A stretch of 64,000 nucleotides of DNA from Octopus vulgaris (Eukaryota): positions 55,366,001 to 55,430,000 of the forward strand of contig OX597820.1 in NCBI GenBank assembly GCA_951406725.2. The letters run 5' to 3'. Positions 56,210 to 64,000 of the stretch are shown here, in pieces (within the stretch, counting starts at the first letter, position 1; each line of letters starts with the position of its first letter). The notes under the pieces are model-generated. The model saw only the letters and a list, made by a program, of their open reading frames with translations, was not told the DNA's origin and ran no database searches. The translations under genes were made by a program, and so were the position numbers.

Positions 56210-56952
56210 TCTTGTGCCGGTATTGCTCCTTTCCCTACACACTGTCTTTGGCACTTGACATTTTTATAGAGAACCCATTCGTCGTCACTAGTCACTATTC
56301 GGTCCAAAAGAGGTTCATTTGTGAGATGTGACAGCAAAGAAGAGCACACACTCACTCTCTGTGTGCAATTAGACTCAGAAAGTTTGTGAGGAACCCATTG
56401 ACCCAGCTTGCTGATTTTTCCAATGGAAAGCAGGTGCCGATGAATGGTTGGATGACCAAATCCAAGCTTCTCTGCTAGTTCCTCAACAGTTACGATGGGA
56501 TTTTGTTCCACCAAGGTTTGCAGAGCATCCTTCTCAAGCTCTACAGATCTTCCAGGATGAGGCTCATCTTGTAGGCTGTAGTTTCCAGCTCAGAATTTCT
56601 GGAACCATCGTTGACACTAGCTTACACTTACTGTCCAATCCCCATATACTGCATTAATATTCCTCACACTTTCTGTTACATTGTTCCCTATTTTGAACTC
56701 ATGAAGCAAAATATGCCGAATATGCTCCTTTCTCACTCCAGTTCATCATGGCTTGGGTCCACTCCTGTTATAGTTTTGAAAAAATAACTGTTAAAATCGA
56801 ACTGCACTTTTCAAAACTTGCACTAAGAATAAGGATAAGGTAAAATTACTACCTGTTTTTATAACAAGTTGATGCAGGTAGTTTATCCTGTCCCCCTCCA
56901 ACTTTTAGTTCATGCAATTGAAAAAAGCACATTATTTATGGGATGACCCAAT
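56210..56952 (-). mobile_element. Mariner transposon remnant (5' TIR and partial transposase)
   Basis: WVPHKL and RIVTSDDEWVLY motifs (ORF 56149-56514); TIR-like tattgggtcatcccataaata at the right end. Confidence 0.85.
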
Positions 56953-58292
56953 ACATGTGTGTGTGTGTTTGTGTTTTACCATCTCATTGCCTTGACATTG
57001 CACAATAGTTGCAAATGAATGTTACTGCTATGCAAGTGACATTCTTTGTTGCTAATCTTCCATGAAAACATATCTGGTCATGGGGAATATTACCTAGCTT
57101 GGAAATGAGGGTTGGCAACAGGAAAGGCATCCAGCCATAGAAAATCCATCTCAAGAAATTCCATGGATGTTAAAATGATGATGAAGATGCTATCAGTTAG
57201 CCACAACTCTTAACAGAAGTGTCACCCGTTCCCATCTTTTTTTTTTCCTAGTGACAGAAGACAGGATTTGAACTCAGGATATACAAAGCCAGAACAGATA
57301 ACGCAAGGTATCCCATCTGGCATGTTAGCAATTCTGCCAATCTCCTGTCATAGAACAGTTATTCTATTTATCAACCAAGGTGGCGAGCTGGCAGAAACGT
57401 TAATATGCTGGACGAAATGCTTAGCAGTATTTTGTCTTTACATTCTGAGTTCAAATTCAGCTGAGGTCGACTTTGCCTTTCATCCTTTCAGGGTTGATAG
57501 ATTAAGTACCAGTTGTGTACTGAGGTTGATCTAATCGACTGGCCCCTGCCCCAAAAATTTTGGGCCTTGTGCCTAGAGTAGAAAAGATTGTATTTATCAA
57601 CCTCACAAAAAAAGAAAAAAAACCAAAGGCAAAAGTTAACCTCAGTAAGATTTAGACTTGGACAGCAGAGACATGGAATAAAAACTGTGCAAGACATTTT
57701 TTGTTCTTATATTTTAGTTAGGAAGAAAGGTAATGATGTTTTGCAAAGCCTTTGAGACTGATAGGAGAGAGGAAGAATGGTGACCTTAAACTGGAGGTCT
57801 GGCCTGAATGCTTGCAACAGAGTGGACTCTGCTGAAGGTACCATATGGTGGTGTTACACTGGGTGATGGATTAAATTTACCATCCAAGTAGGCCATGACG
57901 GGATTTGAACTCAGAGCACAGTGAACTGTGTGGTGTATTGTGAGACGGCGAGCTGGCAGAAACGTTAGCACGCCAGGCGAGATGCTTAGCAGTATTTCGT
58001 CTGCCGTTACGTTCTGAGTTCAAATTCCGCCTAGGTCGACTTTGCCTTTCATCCTTCCGGGGTCGATAAATAAAGTACCAGTTTCGCACTGGGGTCGATA
58101 TAATCGACTTAATCCGTTTGTCTGTCCTTGTTTGTTCCCTCTATGTTTAGCCCTTTGTGGGTAGTAAAGAAAAATATTGTGAAGCATATAATCTGGCACT
58201 CTAATTCAATTATAAAATGTTGCGTAGAGGCATAGATATACTAGATATACAGGATGAGACAGGGTAAGCAATTAGTTAAGAAGCATAGAGGT

Positions 58293-58438
<146 letters not shown>

Positions 58439-58487
58439 GATGAAGAGGGAGATGATTCAGAACAAGCAATTTAACATTAAACATTAC

Positions 58488-58586
58488 CTTCTCTGATGTC
58501 ATAGTTGATTGCTTGTGTAAGCCCTGTGACGATCAATGACATGGTTGGTTCGCCAATCTCATATTGCTTAGCAAGTTTCTCAACAC
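58488..58586 (-). CDS. SRBD1: SRBD1 penultimate coding exon (99 bp; not in the ORF track)
   Basis: tgtgttacag|GT GTT GAG...AGA GAA G|gtaatg; encodes (G)VEKLAKQYEIGEPTMSLIVTGLTQAINYDIRE; phase 1 joins the last exon in frame (G+AG=E); resembles the pre-S1 segment of SRBD1/Tex. Confidence 0.82.
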
Positions 58587-59449
58587 CTGTAACACATTAA
58601 AAACACATAAACATAATCAGCTAAATACCAACTGAAGAATACTGAGTCATGCAAATTTTTCATTAGGTCTGTTATATTGTGTATCATGACCTGGACAATT
58701 ATGCCATTCATTTCTTTAGGAAAGAATGCCAGAGAAAGAGAAAGACAGATAGTTAAAACAGTCAAAGAGACAGACAGATATTTTGTTTGATTATCAAAAG
58801 TATTAGTTTCAAAATTACATTTTACACTGAACTGGTTTTTATTTGATGAATTTTGACTTCATTTGGCAACTTGACTTGGCAAGATGTTTGCCTCAACACA
58901 ATTAATTTGATAAAGGAATATATTTTGAATGTAATAACAATATGGGGGTTTGTTTAGCCTTGATATACAACATGGGTGATAGATTTAATCTGTCAGCTGA
59001 TTTAATACTACCACCAGGCATTGCAATTTTGGTGCCTTTAGCAGAGATTTCTCTGTTGCAGGGATCTATCTCAAGAAATTCCATGGATGTTAAAATGACA
59101 ACGACAATGATCTCTCTCTCACACACACACACGTTACAGTTACATTCTGCTTATAATTACACCAACTAAATATCACTTAACACTTTAACATTCAAACTGG
59201 CCCTATATCCAAATATTTTACCAGTTTTATGTTGAAACCAGCCAGATCAGGCCTCTCACACCTGCCCTACACTGTTATTTTAAAAGTGAACAGCCATATC
59301 ATTGAAATTTCAAAGCTATGAGATAATACATGACTACTTCAAACTAATGTGAATGAATAAGCTTTACATTTGACTGAATAATCCGAATACTAAAGGCTTA
59401 AACATTATATACATTTGTGTGTGTGTGTATATATATATATACATAAGTG

Positions 59450-59483
<34 letters not shown>

Positions 59484-59529
59484 CATATATATTTATGGGT
59501 TGTGTGTGTGAATGTATATATATATATGT

Positions 59530-59858
59530 TTGTTCCTTCTCGAGCCACACCTGTCTCATAAGGGCCGGTTTCCCAGTTTCCTTGGTGTATAGGTTCCCCA
59601 CCTGGACGGGACGCCAGTCCATCGCAGGTGAGCTGCAAGATGCAGGAGAAAAGAGTGAGAGAAAGTTGTGGCGAAAGAGTCAGCAGAAGTTCGCTATTAC
59701 CTTCTGCTGGAGCCACGTGGAGCTTAGGTGTTTTGCTCATAAACACACACATCGCCTGGTCAGATTCGAACCTGCAATCCCTCGACCGTGAGTCCGCTGC
59801 TTTAACCACTAGGTCATGTGCCTCCACTGCTCTGACCACTAGGCCATGTGCCTCCACA
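59530..59858 (-). mobile_element. tRNA-derived SINE with duplicated A-box head
   Basis: gtggaggcacatggcctagtgg x2, GGTTCGAATC B box; related to 10195-10447. Confidence 0.8.
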
Positions 59859-60074
59859 TGTATTTATATACATATTTTATATCGTCTTCTAAATGTTTTA
59901 AGTTCTTGTCCCAGTTTGTATTTTTCTACATATAATAATATATATAGCGGCGCCCGTACCCTCTTTGGCCTTGTATGTAAGTACATATTTCTTTAAATTT
60001 GGTACGACTCTATTACACTGTCTCTCTCTCCTACATTTCTCTGCCTTTCACACTTTCCACTCTACTTTGATCTG

Positions 60075-60111
<37 letters not shown>

Positions 60112-62599
60112 CTCCTCCACCTTTTCTCTTTTCTTGCATCTGACTCTTTGGTCTCCTCTTCCCCCACTCTCTCACATTTCTCTGTCTTTCTCACTTTGCA
60201 CCTCACTGATTCTGTCGCCAAGCCAATCCTTGGCATGCTCTCTTTCTTCTCCCCTCTTTAATTCCTTCTTTCTCTCTATTCTCCCCCCTTTGGTGCCTTC
60301 GTCCCTCTTTTTCTCTCTCTCTTTGATTCCTTTGCCTCCTTTTTTTCTCTCTCTTCTTGGTCAACCAGCCTTTCGGCTTCTGACCAGCACGAGAAAGTCA
60401 ACTAAAACTATTTGTTGTGAGTTCTATAAAGTTGGATACCATAAGAGTGCTGCAATTATTACACCTCTTCTGTCCCTCATCAACAATAACAAGAGGGAAA
60501 AAATGGTGTTGAGACTATCAGAAGTGGTTCATGGTTCAATGGAACAATGTAACCATCATGATATATCTATAAAGTCCAGTCTGATATACTGGGTGATTAT
60601 TACTTCACTTAGAAATTGGGATTGGCAACAGGAAGGGGATCTGGTCATAAAAACTCTGCCTCAGTTTACTGTTATCTGACCCAAGTAAGCATGGAGAAGT
60701 AGATGTTAAAGCAATGATGTTGATGTTGGTAATAGTGATGATGATGATGATGATGTACTGCAAACAAAAACCAGCACTCACAAGCAAGTACGAGTTGGTT
60801 ATGATGTACCATGCTTTCACTGATTGTTTTAGGTGCCTATATGGTCATGGATAGGCATAGACATCAGCTTGGATCCCCAACTCATAACCAGGCAAAACAT
60901 TCAGAATATGACACTTTGAAGGAGAAAGGAACTGCACCACTACTAGCACAATATATATTCCAGCTGAGTAGACAGGAGCAACATGAAATAAAATACCTTG
61001 CTCAAGGACATAACATGCCCCCTGGTCCAGAAATTGAATCAATGACTTTATGATCAGGGGTTGAATTCCTAGACCAACATCTTACTAGGTAATTCACCTT
61101 CATCTTATCCAATATGTGTGTATGAGTCTGAGAGTCCATAAGTCAAGAGAAAATGCACCTGTATATCTGTCAATAGAGTGGGTATATTAACCAGTGTACA
61201 GTATTATATATCCATTATATATCCACTTGGTTTTGTATTGTGACATATTTCATTCCATAATGGCTAACTCTGATGAGCGCAGGGTTACATAATCGGACTA
61301 TTATCTAACACTCTGTTGAATTCTTAGCACGAAATTGATAGGTGAGATCAGCTGTAATGGTTGTATAATACTGTACACTTTGATTTGTTTGTTTGTTTGT
61401 ATGTATGTATATATGTACGAATGTATACATACATACATTCATACATAAAAATGCTTTTTCTAATAAAATTGCACTTTATTTCTGAAGCTCCAATGAAGCT
61501 ATAAGGTGATACATAAGCACTCAACTATGAGTGCATTGCATCTTATAGTAGAAACAACCATAAGCCAATGAAGTTCATTACATAATTTCTTGTTTCCTAG
61601 TCATTTATATACATACATATATATTGTGCATTTACTATACATTTTTAAACTTATATACAAGTTAAAAAAACATATAGTAAATGCACAAACGAATGGAAAA
61701 CAGACACAGAATGGCAAGTTGAAAAACATAGCAAATGCACGCGCACACACACACACACACGCACACATCTGTGCCGGTGGCATGTAAAAGGCACCAACCG
61801 TTCGTGGCCGTTGCCAGCCTCCTCTGGCACCTGTACTGGTGGCACGTAAAAAGCACCCACAACACTCACAAAGTGGTTGGCGTTAGGAAGGGCATCCAGC
61901 TGTAGAAACACTGCTAGATCAGACTGGAGCCTGGTGCAACCTCTTGGCTTCTACTCTTTTGTCTGTCTATCTTGCTACCCATATTTCTCCACATAATGAC
62001 CTGTTCCTTGTTATCAATTATGTCCTTAGCATGTCTTTGTACTAAACAAAATCTATTTTGTTTTTGTTAGAGTCATTGTTTTTAATAAAACACATTCATA
62101 CACAGGCCTATCACTTTGAGCCCTTTATTGTAAATAGTCTATGTTTTTATACTAGTAACCACAACGCAGACAGACCAAACAAAATTGGACTGGATCTACC
62201 TATTTAACAACCTACACACACGTAGATATATTTATATATTGTTTATTTATTATGGTAGTTTTGACTTTAAGAGTCCCTCCTAGCATGAGGCATTTATGTA
62301 TAGTAATGCCCTTAATATAAGTAGATATATTTATATGGCATGTCTGTGCCGGTGGCACGTAAAAAGCACACACTACACTCACGGAGTGGTTGGCATTAGG
62401 AAGGGCATCTAGCTGTAGAAACACTGCCAGATCAGACTGGGCCTGGTGCAGCCTTCTGGCTTCCCAGACCCCAGTTGAACCGTCCAACCCATGCTAGCAT
62501 GGAAAGCGGACGGTAAACTATGATGATGATGATGATATATACCTACACATATACATCTGTATATACATATATACACACACACACATACATATATGTATA

Positions 62600-62636
<37 letters not shown>

Positions 62637-62712
62637 TCATCATCATCATCATTTAGCGTCCGTTCTCCATGCTAGCATATATATATATATATATATATAC
62701 ACATGCACACAT

Positions 62713-62749
<37 letters not shown>

Positions 62750-63489
62750 GGTTGTTGTGCACATCAAGAAATTGTAAATATATACACAGACAATTTGCAA
62801 TAATTTTATTAGTTTTACAGATACATACAACACATGTACATATATATGCCTGCACTCAGTTTTGGGATAGTGGAGGTAAAGACAGATGTGTAAAAATAGA
62901 GGCTGCACAGTTATCGAGTTAATATCAGTTGAAATAAAACTATGTAGAAAACTAATAAAATTATTGCAGACTGCTGGTGTAAATATATTTACAACTTCCT
63001 CTTGTACACAACAAACCACTATTGATTTTCATTGCACTCTGCAACACAGTGAATATGTTACCATACTGTGACACATGACGCATATATTATGTTAATGCAA
63101 AATATCAACATAGGGCATATTTCTGACAATGTGTGTGTGTGTGTGTGTGTGTATGTGAGAGAGAGCGAGCGCTGAGAGATAAACTGGATATAAAGGATAT
63201 TAAATGCAGTGTGCTGATATGGACATGAAATATGAAATGCATATAGAGGATGACAGCTGTATAAAGCAGTGCAGGACACTCAAAGAAGACATAACTTGTG
63301 GATGTGAAAGAGAGAGAGACCTAGAGAGACAGGGACTGGTGGTGAAGACTGGCCTTAGTATGTTGAATTGCATAAAAGAGCTGACCAATGACTGCAATGA
63401 TAAGCAGTATACAGAGCTGGATAAAATCTGTCCACTGGTGCAAGCATGGCTAAACAAATGATGAATTAACGCTAGTGGTCGATACTGAT

Positions 63490-63576
<87 letters not shown>

Positions 63577-64000
63577 CGTAAAAAGCACCATCCAATCGTG
63601 GCCGTTTGCCAGCCTCGTCTGGCACGTAAAAAGCACCCACTACACTCATGGAGTGGTTGGCATTAGGAAGGGCATCCAGCCGTAGAAACATTGCCAGATC
63701 AGACTGGGCCTGGTGCAGCCTTCTGGCTTCCCAGACCTCAGTTGCACTGCCCAACCCATGCCAGCATGGAAAGCAGACGCTAAACGATGATGATGATGAT
63801 ATATATCCACTGTTGGTGCTCTTACCTAATTCGTCTCTATGAAGCCTGCATCCAATGCTCCACAATGCCTCTTTGGAACCTGTCATCTCTTTATCATTCA
63901 TTGCTGTTACTCATACTTTCTGTTACTATCATTTATCTCTATTACACACATTTCCTCATCACTCACACCCTCTGTACTACTCTCTCTCCAATTCACATCA

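Noticed and set aside
58600-64000. Further SRBD1 exons
   Set aside because: No recognisable upstream SRBD1 peptide with splice sites found by eye; probably outside the window.

Overview
Eukaryotic, AT-rich, repeat-dense animal DNA. The SINE/LINE content and (TA)n abundance suggest an octopus/cephalopod genome (inference). Bases ~4.3-38.5 kb are a mosaic of retroelement pieces, nearly all bounded by (TA)n tracts. The pieces are RTE LINEs carrying a PHD finger inside the RT, CR1-group LINEs, Penelope-like elements (PLEs; RT + GIY-YIG) and small non-coding elements. Reading the non-coding DNA reveals about ten hammerhead-ribozyme (HHR) motifs. They include a non-coding ~0.4-0.5 kb HHR element family found once as a 316-bp-arm palindrome with an intact ribozyme on each strand and once as a ~492-bp tandem repeat (retrozyme-like), with compensatory changes between the copies. 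The right part holds a nearly intact 6.2-kb Helitron, a Chapaev3-type DNA transposon, a mariner remnant, TTAA MITEs, SINEs, and the last two coding exons of a host SRBD1 gene on the minus strand. Most long ORFs in the track made of YI/CV/HT repeats are microsatellite artefacts.
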